Positions 10,235-25,200 of a stretch of 64,000 bases of DNA are shown piece after piece (the first letter of the stretch is position 1; every line of letters starts with the position of its first letter). The stretch is taken from contig OZ296656.1 in NCBI GenBank assembly GCA_965655095.1, forward strand, positions 43,896,001-43,960,000, in the 5' to 3' direction. The DNA comes from Haplodiscus bocki. Taxonomy: Eukaryota. Made by a program: the position numbers and the translations under genes. The notes under the pieces were generated by a model. It was not told the origin of the DNA. It made no database searches and worked only from the letters and a program-made list of their open reading frames with translations.

Positions 10235-13200
10235 GTTAGCAATTAGTTACGACTAGAGTTGAACCAGGATGTTATGAACGGGTCCCATCAAAGCTTGACC
10301 AGAACCTTAAATTTTGAAATCAAACTGATTGGAAGTGGAATAATTTTTTGATTTAAACTGCCCAATTAATTTTTTCTGGAGGTTTGGTGATGCCTGTTTC
10401 GTGGAATTGGTGAAAATTTGAACAGAATTTTAACTGTCTACTCTTAAATTATTCGGCACTGATTTAGTTCAAAACGATGCTTCCTAAACGTTGCCTCCCT
10501 TTTCCTTCAGTCCGTATTTCATTTTTTCAAAAACTGATCGTTCGAATTCTCGTCGGAAATGTCGCCGATTTTGCAGAAACACTCATGCCTGAGTTAACTG
10601 AAAGAGTTATGCAGTAGTGTCAGAAAAGAATGGAACCTTCATTTGTGAATTAATTCTGGAACAAATTTATAAATACTTCGCTACAAATGCTTGCGTAATA
10701 CTCAAAAACGACTGAAAACCACAACATATGGTCGAAACAAAACTTTCTTAGAAATTTATCTAGTTTACAATGGTGTTTGTTTGAAACGTCTGGAGTCATT
10801 ATTATAGAAATTAGGAGATTTTGCTCTTCTATGTATTAAGATAGGAGGTTGATTTTGCATCAAAACATTCGATGGTATAAGTACTTTCTACTCCGTTTTT
10901 GTTTACATTTCATATACTGTCAAGATGCCCCTCATCTATTGATTACACTCAGAAGTTGGCAGCTCCCCAGTGTTTACACTATCAAAATACATAGACAGTC
11001 CTTGAGAAAAAGTAGTCATTCCCAATGTTAATACGTTTTAGAAAGTGTCATTTCTCAAAGAATGTCTACAGTAGTGATTTTAATTAATGCGACTAAGCAA
11101 CCTTGATACGCTTTACAAAATCCTAAGTGGAGAAATAAATAATAGGAGATCAGAGTAAACAAAGGTACTCTGAGAAAACTCATTAAAGGGGCTACAACAT
11201 AGTTATTTCATTTGCCAAAACAAGTACTTCTGAGGTAGAAAATCGCGTCCCAAAGTTGAGTAAAAATATTATGCAAGCATTGCGGAGTTTGACTAATTCG
11301 CGCAGTTTTCGTGAAAAACCTTGACAATGACGGAAGATAGCAGAAAACAGATTACACAATTTGCTGGCTTTGGTTATTCTACAGAGTTTTTATTTTTAAC
11401 ACTTTCTTCACAACTTTGAATTTTCAGAAGAAATTGCAAAAAGTAAAAATATAAATTTAACATCCTAATTTAATAAACTGATTTTCAAATTTAGTAGATT
11501 CAAAATGAATTTTGGAATAGTTTTTCAAAATTTTTCCGTCGACAGATGATACCAGCTGTTGCAGAAACATCAGAGGCATCTATTGAATAAATGAAGTTCC
11601 TTAATTAATTTTTTAAAGTTACGAAATTATCAGAAGAATGGAAAATTTGGCCACAAACGCATTTTCTAGTTTTTGCTCTATCCGCTGGAAACTTTTGAAA
11701 CAAACACAATTAAAATCTCCTAAAAATTCTAAGAATATTTTGTTCCTGGTAATTCTAACCAAAATGATTATTCCCGAAGTTATTCATGCTTAAAGTTGAC
11801 TTATGCCTTAAAGTTGTCGCATTAATTGAAATCACTACTGTATGTATTTTGATAGTGTAAACAGTAGGGAGCTGCCAACTTCTGATTGTAATCAGTAGAA
11901 GAGGGGCATCTTGACAGTATATGAAATCTAAACAAAAATGGAATAGAAGGTACTGAAACCATCGAAAATTGTGATGCAAAATCCATCTCCTATCTTAATA
12001 CATAGAGTTGTAAAATCTACTAACTTCTATAATAATGGCTCTAGAAGTTTCAAACAAACACCATTGTAAACTAGATAAATTTTTAAGAAACTTTTGTTTC
12101 CACCATTTATTGTGATTTTCAGTCGTTTTTGAGTATTACGCAAGTATATGTTGCGTTTTATTATTAATTCACAAATAAAGGTTCCATTCTTTTCTGACAC
12201 TATTGTGTGTGCAGTATATTAAAAAATTTCCACTCCAACCGTCTTTATGGTGGAAAGCTCAGCTTCGCAATCGATTGAAGCAAATTTGTTTCCTGGAACT
12301 GATCAGAAGTCATTGTATTGAAATTAGCGAAGACAAAAATAGTTGTGTATGCAAAATAACTTTTAATTACATAAAGTGGTCTTTTTTTAAAAAAGAAAAG
12401 ATAGTTTTTTGTAGAGCTCCAAGTAAAGAGGTCGACTGTTGCAGGTACTTTGGTGAAATGGCAGCCCACCGCAAATCCATCTGTTTTTTTTTTACAGAAA
12501 TTGCAGAAATTTCAAATTGCTCGAAACGATCTATTGTTTTACTCCGAAAGCCATTTTTGAGCCAGAATTCCAAACCATCAAATAGTTTCCCAGCAAACTA
12601 CAAATAAATTAAACAAAAGTTTCAATTTCTTGATACCACAGGACGCGCGCCAAATGAGCAGTTCTGCTTTTTCTCAAAAGTGCCGACAGCCCTTACGAAA
12701 CCTTTTCCCCATAGCGCAAACTATCGTACCATATTTGCTCCAAATGGTCTAGCAACGGCGGGTTAGCGGCAGAAGCATCCACGACTTGCCGAAGGTCACA
12801 AGGGTCAAGTGTCCTCACATTTTCCATCGCTCTTTTCTCCACCGATGCTCTTTTCAGCACTGTGAAACTAGCAATTTATTACAGATTATGACGTGGTATC
12901 TCCTCCCCTCGGAATACCAAGATTTCGCGTTGAACCCCAATGACCAGTTGCCAATCAGAGCTAAGCTCGGCTTGCCTTTTCTGAATCAATGGAGAGCATT
13001 TAAGAGGATGTGACAGTTTCAACTTTTTCCTGTTGTAGGTGACTCTAGGAACGCACACTTCAGGGAGAGGCTGGCGCATGCCAATGTGTTCAGATATGAC
13101 ATTGACAGTTCCCGGTGCCAACCGTCAGATTTGGATGCCGAACTCAGGTAATGAACCATGAAATCTAAGCAATGCTTCGATATGATGCAATGTTCTTTTC

Positions 13201-16200
13201 ATATCATATACCTTGGCGAAAAAAGGCTTCAAATTTCATTCAGCAGACAGTTTTGAATAAAAATGGTTCAAAAATAAACTGGATGCCAGAAGAACGCAAA
13301 TGAAAATATCTGTTAAAAACGCGAAGCGTCGTCTGAATGCTGCCACTGCCAATTCCTGATCAGCCTTTTGAGGACATGAAATATTTCGGAGAAACGAATT
13401 AGACTTTTATTTTTTTCAGCGCTTTCAATAACTCTCGAAATTTTGAAAATTTCGTGGTGATTGCGACAAATGATAACTGTAACAGAATACTAGATACAGC
13501 CACACGATATAACCTCTTCCGCGTTACTTTCAATTGGATCTTAGCTTGCCCTGTGAGTTAAATCTTAATTTTTATGATTATATATTCTGAGTTTTTCGAG
13601 TAATGCGTTTCGCTTTTAGGACATCAAGTCATCAGAGCTGAATATTGAGAGAAACAGAACATTTGGCAATCTGGTTCACTTTTTGCCTGAGAAACCTTTC
13701 GAAGTTGCTAAAAAAAGTGACGTAAGGCTTTTTGGCTCATTTTTGTGTTTTTCTTCCGTCTTTTACTCAAATTTTAGGTTGAACTTTTGTGAGATGACAA
13801 AAATTGGAAAAAAATGGAGCATGGTTATACCTTATTCATAGATAACCAACCCTATACAACTTCGAAAAATTTCACGTGTTTGCAGTTTTGTAATGTATTT
13901 CTAGTGATTTGAGTCTTGTTTGCTCTGCCAAGATAAATGACTTTGTCAGGAAGCTCTTTGAAATGCCAAAAACCTTGCTCGACGTGCCAATTTTTAACCC
14001 AAACTCAACTCTTGTAAAAGGGAACGGTTACTAGGAAGTGTCTTGTCAATGTGAACATGATGCCATGCATTGGAAGTAGCCCCCAGTGATTAAATTTTTA
14101 CTAGCCTTGCTAAAATCTTGAAAAGTTTTGGGAATCTCGGATGACAAGCCAAACCCTAGACTTTCTAGCGATTGTTAGCAAAATATCTTGCCGAGAATTT
14201 AGAGCTTTTCTTGTCAAGGCGAATAAGAGGTCTCAGATTTCTTAACAAAAATTGAGCATTTCACACACTTGGAAAAAAGTTACCGAATGGTATATAATAT
14301 ACTAACCACAACGGTCATTCCTGTTTCAGTTGTTGCTGAAAATAGAAAAAGCTTTTTCGACTCTCTTAAAAACTTTTCAAACCTCGAAATTGTCTCCCCA
14401 GTTAGATTCTCTGAAGTGCGGAGATGCTGGCCAATCACAGTGGACGAGAAGCGAAGATTTGATGGCTGCTATGAACCCGGTAAACATTCTTTCATCTCAG
14501 CGTCATTTTTGTTAATTGTTATGTTGTAGGTTTACTTTTTTTCTGCAGTATCACCAAAAGTCTTCACGACAATTGGCAGCAGCAAACTTGACTAACTTTG
14601 ATATCTACATATTCAGCGCGCTCAGCAAAACCTGGTCAAAAGTTAGTAGTTAATGGTCGTTATATTACTCATTATTTTCCGCCATATTTATAACGTGGAA
14701 GGAAAATCTATCGGTCGCCTCGTGCGTTTTTTTAACGCTTAATTGCCAATATTGGCAATTTTGCAGATTCCGGCAAAATGTCAAAATGCATGATTTTGAT
14801 TTTGAAACTTTTTTAATCACCAAATTATAGTAAATTCGCCGTAAAATGCGACTGAAACAGTAAGATTTTCAAATACGTACGAAATTTGTTTTTTTTTCAA
14901 AATTGGTAAAGGTGGCAACTTTGCTGTAGAATGCGTATAAAAAGATATCATTTCTTCAAAATGTTTTATTTTCAATTAAATTGGGGTTTTTTGCAAAAAA
15001 TCGGAAAATTTAGAATTTTGGAAAAAATAGAAAATTTGCTGAAGAGTATTTTTTGAAAAAAAACGCTTCCATCTTTCTAAAAGATATCATCAAAAAAGTT
15101 GGAGGGCGGGAAATACGTCGGTGGTCACCGGCCGTCTTGTTTTATAAATACTTGGAAATAATCACAAACATACACTAATCAAAGCATAACAACAAGTAAC
15201 TAAAAACATACACAAAAGGAACATCAGCGAATTTTAAGATGCAGCCCATAATATTCTAATCAATGCTTTCAATTTTTTGGAGTTAAACTATCAATTTCGT
15301 AATTTTCGACCATAAATAATTAATAAACATGTTTCCTTTTAAGGAAGGACAGTGGAGTCGGAAGAAAGGTTTCAACTCGTCTCACCCTTTGCTTCAACCT
15401 CCGAAAGAAAACTACAAACGGATTAGAGTTGTCACAGTCGTAGTTAGTGCAATCAAAATTGACTAGTGCCCTTTTGATAGAAGTTTTCAACAATCATAGA
15501 AAAATCTCCAAATGACTTGACTGCAACGGTGATTTGGGAAAATAATCAGCTTTGAAAAAATTTAATTAGGTGCATACAACAATGAAGCGTGATTTTTGGC
15601 AAGAAAACCTTACAGAGAAAAATGGGCGCTTTGAATCCTTTGAAGCTTTCTATTGCTTGTTAGAATCAACAAGACGCTTACAAACAGGCAACATTTTCAA
15701 TTGGCGGAAATTTTGTTCAACAAGCTGGCTCTTTACCTCATAAAAGTTTATTTTGGAACAGGAATCCCCATTTGTGGAAATGGAAGTGCAGCCCACAGGT
15801 CCTAATTTCACCGGGTTCTGTATCGAAATGTTGAACGAAATTGCGAAACAGATGAACTTCGAGTACGAGATATACAATGCCAGTGAATACGGAAGACTAG
15901 TAGGCAACACATGGGTCGGCGCTGTCGGAGAAGTTGCATACAGAGTTAGTGAGCGCGATAATTACACACAATTCTCCCTCATTGCAACAGATTTTGAGTC
16001 TCCAATTTCAAGTACTAGAGTCCGAATCTCGCTTTGACATTTTTTTCTTTTCAACTCAGTTACTGCAGTAAAAATACCTGTATAGGTTTTAATGAAGTTC
16101 ATGACAAATCAGCGGAAGAGGCTAACCCTATTTAAAATGAATTTAACATGAAGTATACGAGTTCGAATCTAGCTGTGGGCAGACAGTGTTTTACTTCGAT

Positions 16201-19200
16201 TGGAGCTACGACAAGAATGACCCAGAGAGTGTAAAGTAGATTTCTTTCATTGCTTTCGTTTTCCTCCAAGGCTTGTTCGAATCCCGCTTCTATCCTTGAT
16301 TTCTTTCATTTTTTGTCGACTTGATCCCAGGTTGTCCGTACTTCTCTACAAAAACAATGAAATTGATTTCTCAAAGATTAATTATCAATCATACAGTGAA
16401 CTGAGAGATGAAAGAATTTCAACAAAAAAGAACTCAACCATATCAAGAATCATAAACCAACAAGAACTAAACCCTTGTTGTTGTTTTGTTGTCAGATTCG
16501 GAAAAAAAGGTTTTGATCCCAATACAAGCATGCTTCGAATATCGTCCATAATGTGAAGAATTTTTAGAAATTCGAAATTCAAAGGCCGAAGAAAAGTGTT
16601 GGTCACAATATTTTGATTTGATGTATTTTGTACACTACTTTTCTTTCAAATTTACTCATGAGCAGTTGGTAGCATCCAAAAGTTTGGAAAAAAGGCGTAA
16701 AATTTAGCAATATTTTAAAGCAGGAAAGATTTCGAAACTACCGAATTGGAGTTCACAGAAAAAACTTTTTTACTTCTATTGAAAAACTAGACTTCAAAAA
16801 AGTAAGGAAAAAACAGTTATTCGTGAAATTGAACTCACATTTCCTAAAAATGGAGTGGATGTTTTTCCTAGAGGGCTGACATTGCTGTGAGTGGCATGCT
16901 GATAACTTCAATGAGAGAAGATGCTGTGGACTTTAGCACGAGATTCATGGATTACGGGGTCGGCATTCTCATCAAAAAGACGGCATCTTCAAAAACTGTT
17001 TTCGGATTCCTCGAGCCCCTAGATGCAAAAGTGTGGGGTTGTGTCGCCGGTTAGATTCACAGAGCATAATACCAAGACACCCAGTTATTACCGGATAACT
17101 TTCCGTCCTCCAACTCTATGAAAAAGGAGTTTTTTAAAGGAAAAGTTACCTTTCTATATACGTTCTGTTCAACGCAATTGCTACTTTCTCCCAATTTTCA
17201 ACAACTGTGCTTTTTTCTCAAAAAACCAACTTTTTTAAACTAAAAAAGCCTATTTTCGTACGTTTTCAAGAAACTCTGCATCAAAAAAAATATCCCAGCG
17301 AAACTGGTTCACATTCGAACTTGCTCAAACGCAAATTATTTTTTCGTGAAAACTTCAACTTTAGGTTGTTAGCTAAAAATTCCAAAAATTGATCATACTT
17401 GAATCAAACATCACGCCACTCTGTTGTATGTATCTCGTGGGCTAGTTTCATTCATTTTAAAAATCATATTCAAAAATAATAATATTTTAAGGATTGAACG
17501 ATAAAAAGGATTTAACTTTTTATTCCTACCATATTCAATGAAAAGTCTGTCCAATGTATATGCTATGAGGTGGCGATTATTGGATAAAACTAAATAATAA
17601 TATTTTTTTCAAAATGTCTTGCTTAGCTTGGGATTTCAGATCTCATTTTTTGTTCAACAATTCATACACGAATCTGTTCTCCTAATTGGAAGTTTTGTCT
17701 GATAGCAACGTTTCAACAGGTTATGTGTCCAGCATCCTTAACCATTTCTTGAACACTTTGAAACGGAGTGTTCTTCGCTTCCTTTCGTGCAACGACAAAA
17801 ACCATTTTCCTTTAAATGAAGGTGCAATTCACAAGTTGTCAGCTTCTAGGATCCAGTGATTGTAGGTCCCGTTCTAAGTTGAATAGTAAAGTCTAAGGGT
17901 ATTGATTTACTATCCGAAAGACATACTTCTCTTTCGGTATGAAAAAAAAGAAGTGTTTTTTTTTGCACAAAAGCATATGACGATAGGAAGAACCCTACCA
18001 AATTTGAAAACAAACTGTTTTTGGCAACTTGAAGCAAAAGTTCTTTTTTGAAAAAGTGAATACAAAAAATTGGAGAACACGGTGGAAAACTTTCATATTT
18101 GCTCTAATGAAAGGCCTGCTGGACACGTTGCATGGGACGAAACCTTTTCGAAGACGGCCAGACCCGTTTCCTGCGGAACCCTCTGGAGCAGATCAAAATG
18201 CGCACAATGCGCAATTGAAAACAAAAAAACGCTGCAGATCAAACTACAAGCAATAAAAACATTTTCTGGTGCTACTTGGCTATAGTACTTGTTAACCCTT
18301 CTTTAATTTCGATCAAGCATGATTGTTTGGACAGAAATGGCATTGGCGATGGACAGAAAGGTCCGAACTTCTCTCAGCAACGGTTGAAAAATGATGAGAC
18401 AGTCACAGTGGTGAGTGTCATGAGGCAACTGGCCAAGCTACAATTCAGATATAGCCAACGGTTGAATAACTATTCCATTTGTGCTCGAGAGCTGCTGAAA
18501 AAATTGGTTCATGCTGGCGGGGCACTATCAAATCCAATTTGCAATGCGATGATCTTGAATGGGCTACCAGAACAGTTTAAACATTTCGTGGTACAAGAGA
18601 TCTTGAACACTGCTGGGTTCTTTACAGAACTGCGAATGAGACTTATCAGCTTGAAGGAAGCACGATCCTATTGAGAGTGTATCCATGACAGTCCTGCCGC
18701 TATGGCAATCAAGAAGCAGATCAAGGTCAATGAGTGGCAGCAAAAATCCACCCTAGAAATTATGTCGAATGAGTTTATTTCTAAGATAGGACTTCAGTGT
18801 TTTTGCTTTGCTGAAAGAAGCCATTTTTGGAGAGACTGCAGAAACAAAAATGAAACACTTTGCAATAAAGTCTAACTGAAAGGGTTATTTTAAAAAAACT
18901 TGTCAATTGCAAAAAGAGAACCAAGCAATTTCTTGCATGTTGATCAGTACCTTAGAGATTTCAGCATCGAAAGAAATGGAAAAACTTGGCCGAAAAAAGA
19001 GATAAAAAGCAGGAAGTCAAATCTTTCCGTACAGGTTAAGTACTATCCCTCAGTCGGCAGAAATGAATAAACAAGTTTTGTTAAAGGACTTTTTTTCAGA
19101 TTCAGGCAGTACTGATTTCATTATTGTTGATAGGAATTGGTTTTCTACTTCTACAAAACTCGACAAAATTGGTTTATATCCAGACGATGGAAAAACTAAA

Positions 19201-22200
19201 GATGAAGGGATAGGCGAAGTAGAGGTTTCAGCTGAAATGCATGATCCGGGGTACCGAACAGGTTTAATTCGTTATCCAACGTCGTGAGCAATGGCCACTG
19301 TATTGTCCACGATTACAAAATCCTTTGCGTTTGAAAACAACAAAAACGTTCAAAATAGATCAGAAAAAAGTTTTCTTTCTGCCATGTCTTCTAGAAGAAC
19401 AACCCCAATGTAACCTAAATATGATGGTCAAGTTGCCGACTTGAGGCTCAAATTAATGGGACATGCGAATGTCAGAGACATGATAAAGTCTCTGCTAAAG
19501 CAGAAAAGAGACACTCCAGGCCATCACATTTTTCAAACGTGTGTTCTGGCCAAAATTACTAATTTATCAGTTCCAAAAGGCATAAAAACTAAAGCAACAC
19601 AACTTCTATAAAGAGTTCTCTTTTGGACCTGTGATTTTGGCCATCATTCATGTTTATCGCTATTTTCCAACCTCCAGTGATGATTTTAGTTCTTCTGCTA
19701 CTGTTTAAAACCTCCTTCAGAAAATTGAATTTTGGAATCCTGCAAAAATTTCATCTCTAAAACCCGCACTCCAAGACTTCTGCGTTCCGACAACCGAACC
19801 GAGTAAAAATTAAAATAGAGTCATCGATAATTTGTGCTGAACAGAAAAAAAGACATTAGTGTGCCGGAGGCTCCTGAACGGAATGGCGTCGTTGACGGTT
19901 ATGACTGGACCGTTGTGGGAAGGGCGTAAAGGTTGATCATTGTTTTTAATTTTGAATTTCTTCAAAAACCGAGCTTTTTATACGGCAGCGTATCTGAGAA
20001 ATCTTTTTGTCAATCAGAAGGATTGAAAATCTCTTTTCGAGAAATTCACTGTTGGAAAACTGCGAAATTATTATCTGAAAGTTTTTGGATGTGTTACCCT
20101 TGTCAAAAATTGAGGTAACAGAAAGTTAGAACTTGAACCTTAGTCATGATAACATGTGTTCCTGGGATTTGAAAACAAGAGTAGGGTTTATAAACTAGTA
20201 GATTTTGAAACCCGTTAAAAAATAATTGTTGTCAAAGTAATCTTCCATGAAAAATAAAACGAATCCTTCAATGATAAGTTTGTTGTAGATGAAGATGTAG
20301 TGTTTTTTGACCTAGACTTGAACAAGCCGGTAAGTCGAAAAAATTCTTGCATTGAGTTAACTGAGAAGGAATTGCCCAATGACTTCAGCAGAAAAATATT
20401 CATCAAATGACAGTTAGATTTTGTGAAAAGTTAAAAAAACTCAGCAGTATTAAAATGTATTAGAGAGAGAACCTTCACCATAAACTCTGATGCGAGAGAG
20501 ATAACCTTCGAAACCTCCTATTCAAAAGTAACAAAGCGAGTTAGCAATCATTAGAATTACAACCACAGTAGAAGGGCCAATTAGTCCAAGTAGCATACGA
20601 GGACTATGTGTGCCTTGATGTCTTAGAGTTCCAGTGGCATGGGTTTCCTTCCAGAGATGAAGTGACATAAACCAAATACCACAATCAGTACTAACAAGCA
20701 GTATAAATAGGAAGCCTAGTAGACTACATATGGCAAAACAGCTCGTAAATTTTGGTGTTTTGCTAACTACCGACAAAATTTTAGCAAGTTGGTCAAATTA
20801 CCGTGATAGATACCAAAAAACAAACTGCTGATGAGTATAAGGAAGTATAACTATAGATCAACAAATCCACCCTAATGCCATAAGATTAGCTGTTCTCAAA
20901 GCGCAGTGACCTCGATTATACAAACGGAAAACAAAACCGTTCATGAAGGCTTGAAATCCGTAGAAAAAGATTCATGGATAAAAGCATTGAAGAAAGTTAT
21001 ATTCACTCGAGCGGAGTGGAACGTGCGAATCAGTCAAAAAGACCAGAAAAAAACATATGTAACAAGCAGGATAGATCTACAAAGTGGAAACTGAATTTAA
21101 TGATCAAGTAGAAAATTTTAATGCTACATTTGTAGCGAAATGTTACTAGCAGAGAATGATGGAAACACGTACTTCGAAACCTCTGCACCGACTAGCCAGC
21201 CAGATCTCTTCAAGAATCATGTTGCTTTAGTAAACAAAGATGGATTAATTTTGAAACAAAAGTTCTTGTATCTGCAAATCTGAATCGTAGAACAAATGAA
21301 AATTTTTTCCAGGAGCATTCTCCATGGCTTGGAAAATGTAACAAGTCCGGTAAGAAAATAGTTTGCAGATTCCAAAAGTTCATCTGCGAACTTAAAGGTG
21401 CAGTTACATAGCAAGACTTCTGATTAACTCAGGTTTCAAACGAAATGAAAAAGACTACTGTTTTTTCCTTAAATCGGACAAACGAAGACTTTTGTCCGGA
21501 CATCGGCAGACAAGTTAGTCCTAGCCAGCTCAAGTACGGACGAAATGGAGTCATTAGAAACGCTTTTTCAAAAAATTTTTCCATGGATGACAGGGGAAAT
21601 CTTTAATGGTTTTGAGGACTGAGAGTTGATAAATTTGACAAAGTTACACTTGACCAAGAACACCAAGACACCAAGCGGAGTAAACCTGAAACATGAGAAA
21701 ACATTAGTTGACGATGAGCTTCTTGCAGAGACATGTTAGCGTGGTCCAGTATGTATCAACTACTATATGTATCAAAGCAAACTAGGCCGGATGTAGTTTG
21801 GACGGTTATTGCTTTATCAACAATCAACAAAAATCAGCTGCAGCACAAAAGAATGTCGGAAAACCAGTGCTGCGATATCTACAAGGGACGAAATTTTTAA
21901 AAAATAGTTTATCCAGGTGACAGCAATTTCAACTGGCTCGGTTAAAGTAATGCAGATTGGAGCGGAGTTGTGAACGACGGACGGTCGGCCTCTGGGTATC
22001 TATTCAACTTCCAAAAAAGGGGTGGTTTATCTGTTGGCAGACCCAAGTACAACCAACAGCAGTTATCTTTTCCTGTCAAACACAATGCCAAGGTTTGGAG
22101 CAGCTGCAATGTTCCTGAGAACTCTATTGGTTGGAATGGGCTAGTCAGGAGCACGGGACAACTGTTGGTGAAGAAACTCAAAATTGTATTAAACTGACTA

Positions 22201-25200
22201 CAAATCCAAGTTTGCAAACGATCGCAGCAATTGAGAAAATAACACTTTTTCAGCAAGGAAATATAAAACAAATCTATCCAGTTGCAGTATATCCCCACTG
22301 AGGAAATAGCAGCAGATGTGTTGACGTAATTACTACCACAAGTGAAAGTGAAGAAACATTGCTGCTATTTACTGGGTAGAGATACATCCTCCAACTCCTG
22401 AAAAAGTTTTAGAAAGGATGTTAAAAAAGCATGCATTCGAAATTGGTTCATATTTTAAACTTGAACTTGATCAGAGGCATTATATTATTTTATTTGTTCT
22501 CAACAAATTGATTTTTACCTTGTTATTTGACTATTCAGAAAACTAAAAATTGTTCCGTTTTGAATCAAACATCCCGCTAATTGTTTTTGAAACTCATGAG
22601 TTTTGTTGATCATGTATATGATTTTCGAAAGTTCACATTATTCTATAACTTGATGCCGAGGAAAGCAACCAAAAAAGAATATACCTTTTTTAACCAAAAC
22701 TGATGATAAGGTTTTGCAACTGCTCTGAAAAGTGTCCGTAATGTACTGCTTTTGTTTTTTTATCCGTAATAACAATTATACAGTTGCGTCATGATTAAAT
22801 GAAATTTAGCGCGTATTTTGTGTGAAGTTTGATCACTCAGAATTTGCAAACTATTCAATTCAAAGAGAACTCTCAGAAAGAAGGGTTTTTAGAATTTTGA
22901 CGCAGACTAGCTTGGTTTTTTTTGATAATCCTCAGACCAACTTTAGAGAAGCTCTAAAATTCAGGTTTTTGGCTAAATGTAAACTTTTGACAGGTTATTG
23001 ATTTTTTTGCAAATTCAGAAGAGCTGTTCCGGGTGAATTTTATGCTTTAAAGGTTCCCCTGATTATCCCCCGTTTGATGGCTTGATTTGGTACTAGGGTC
23101 TTGGGTTTTAGTCTAAAACGTTTGGATTTGTTCAAATATTTGATACTGAAAAAATGAAAAACACGCTTAAGTTAGAAATTAAAATGTTTGATCTTGTTTT
23201 TCGACACATTCTTTTCGAGATTTCAATATTCGAAAAAATTGTAAAGGTAAATACTTTTGGTGAGGATGCAAACAAGCAAAAATGTCTGCAGGATTTTTTC
23301 CCTATTTAGTATTTTTGTTGGAAAATTTGCGAAAATTGCAAACTTTTGTGCTCATTGGCAATACCTACATGATTGAGATGTGACTGTTCCTAATGGAATT
23401 TTCTAATTGTTTCGAGTATTACTTTAAGCGAGAAAAATTAATTTATATTTTTCAGATTCAATCAAAATTACTGAGTCGCATTTTTTAATGACACTACTGT
23501 AGTTAGGATTTTTTAACTACAGATAAATCAAGAGCAAATAGAATTGTAAGTAATTCAGTTACTGAAACAAAAAAATTGCCATTTCAATTACTTATTTGTT
23601 TCAGGGGCCATTTTCATCGCTGGATGTCTGCTTTTCTTGATCACTCGTATAAGCCCCTTGGCCAAGCAAGCCCCAATGCACGAGGGTCGCTCTGATTCTG
23701 CGAAATTTACAATCCACAACTCCATCTTGTTTACTTTATCCTCTATCATGCAGCAAGGTTAACTTTTGAAAAATCCTCAAAAATGTTTTTGGATCTTCGT
23801 AATCGAGAACAGTGCTCGTAGAGTTTTGAAATTATTTTGTTTTTTTTTCTCCGATGGTGGCAGTTTGGGAGCAAATTAATCACAAAATTGCATTCTAGAT
23901 CTCACAAAGTTCTCTGAGAATGGAGGCGCTACTTTATAACGTTACCAACAGACCTATTTACATATAACTGTCATAGGCAAAATAACCTGCGCTATTTTAC
24001 AATGAAAAGGCTGCTAACAATGTTTTACTGACTATCGAAGACTAGAATTACGTCATGATCAAGCTTAGTTTTTTTTGCATATTCAGTAAATCAATTTTAC
24101 ATTCATACAATTGCTCAGTGGCCAAATTTTGATCAAATTTTCCCCGATTGTATACCAAGATTCGGTCGTGTCGACGGAGACATTTCTTTTCAAAGCACTC
24201 ACAAATAGTTTTGAGTCGTTTGTGTGTTACAGGAGGTGACTTGCACCCGAGTACAACCTCAGCGAGAATTTTAGGTTCCTTCTGGTGGTTTTTCACTCTC
24301 ATAATCACTTCTACGTATACTGCCAACTTGGCAGCTTTTCTCACAGTCAACAGAATGGAGACACCCATTGATTCCCTTCAAAGTCTCGTGTCCCAGAACA
24401 ACATCAAATACGGAACCGTGAAAGACTCCCCCATTCATTTGGGTTAGTTGCAGTTAAGACTACGCAGCTAATTCGCTGCCTAAGACATTCAAATTATTGG
24501 GCCGATCGACAGGAATGAATAAACATACACATAGGCTGACCAGCCACCTCCGGCTTCTGAACAGTGGTGACACCCGATATTTGTATCATACAAGACAACA
24601 ACTCTGCACACTTGAACTCTGCGCGTCATAGGCAATTTCAGGAAAAAGAAAAAACGCCTATTACTGAATTGAATATTTTCCTTTCGAAAAAAATTTTTCG
24701 GCAGAAAATAATAATAGAAAATAAGGACTCGCAGCTTCACTCCTGTAGCAATCATTTTCACAAATCCTGACATAATTGAACGTTTTAACCAATTTGGTAA
24801 AACGTTTTATATTTAGAGCATAACATGCTTCAACTTCTGAAAGCCATAAAGTGCGTTTTAACCTGTAATTCATGAAAACTCTGTCATTCTCAACAAAATC
24901 GTGGCCTTTTCACCGTGAAAAAAAATGAAATTTTACATGAACTAAACTACAAAATTTGATGTTTTAATCACCCAAAATTATAAGCGTTCCAAAATTGTAT
25001 ACTGGAGGTGTACCAGAGGCTTCAGACGAATCATCAATTTTAAATCTGACAATTTAGATTGAATCATTCGTTTTGTCCCGCTTTGGCAGTTTTTGAATCT
25101 GGTCAGTCTACATACACTTGAATTTTTGCAAAAACTTCTGGGAATTTTAGTAGACTAAAGTCGCGTTATTGTAACAGAAAAAGGCAAAACGTTATACGCA

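Noticed and set aside
12642-13013. Extra receptor exons
   Set aside because: The frames required by the flanking exons hit stop codons and show no ATD similarity; 10234 joins 13039 in phase without them.
16100-16295. tRNA gene (GTTCGAATC B-box-like motifs at ~16161 and ~16275)
   Set aside because: No cloverleaf can be formed. At most a decayed SINE.
23751-24232. Q/R editing complementary sequence in the intron after MQQG
   Set aside because: No convincing complement to the exon end could be found by eye.
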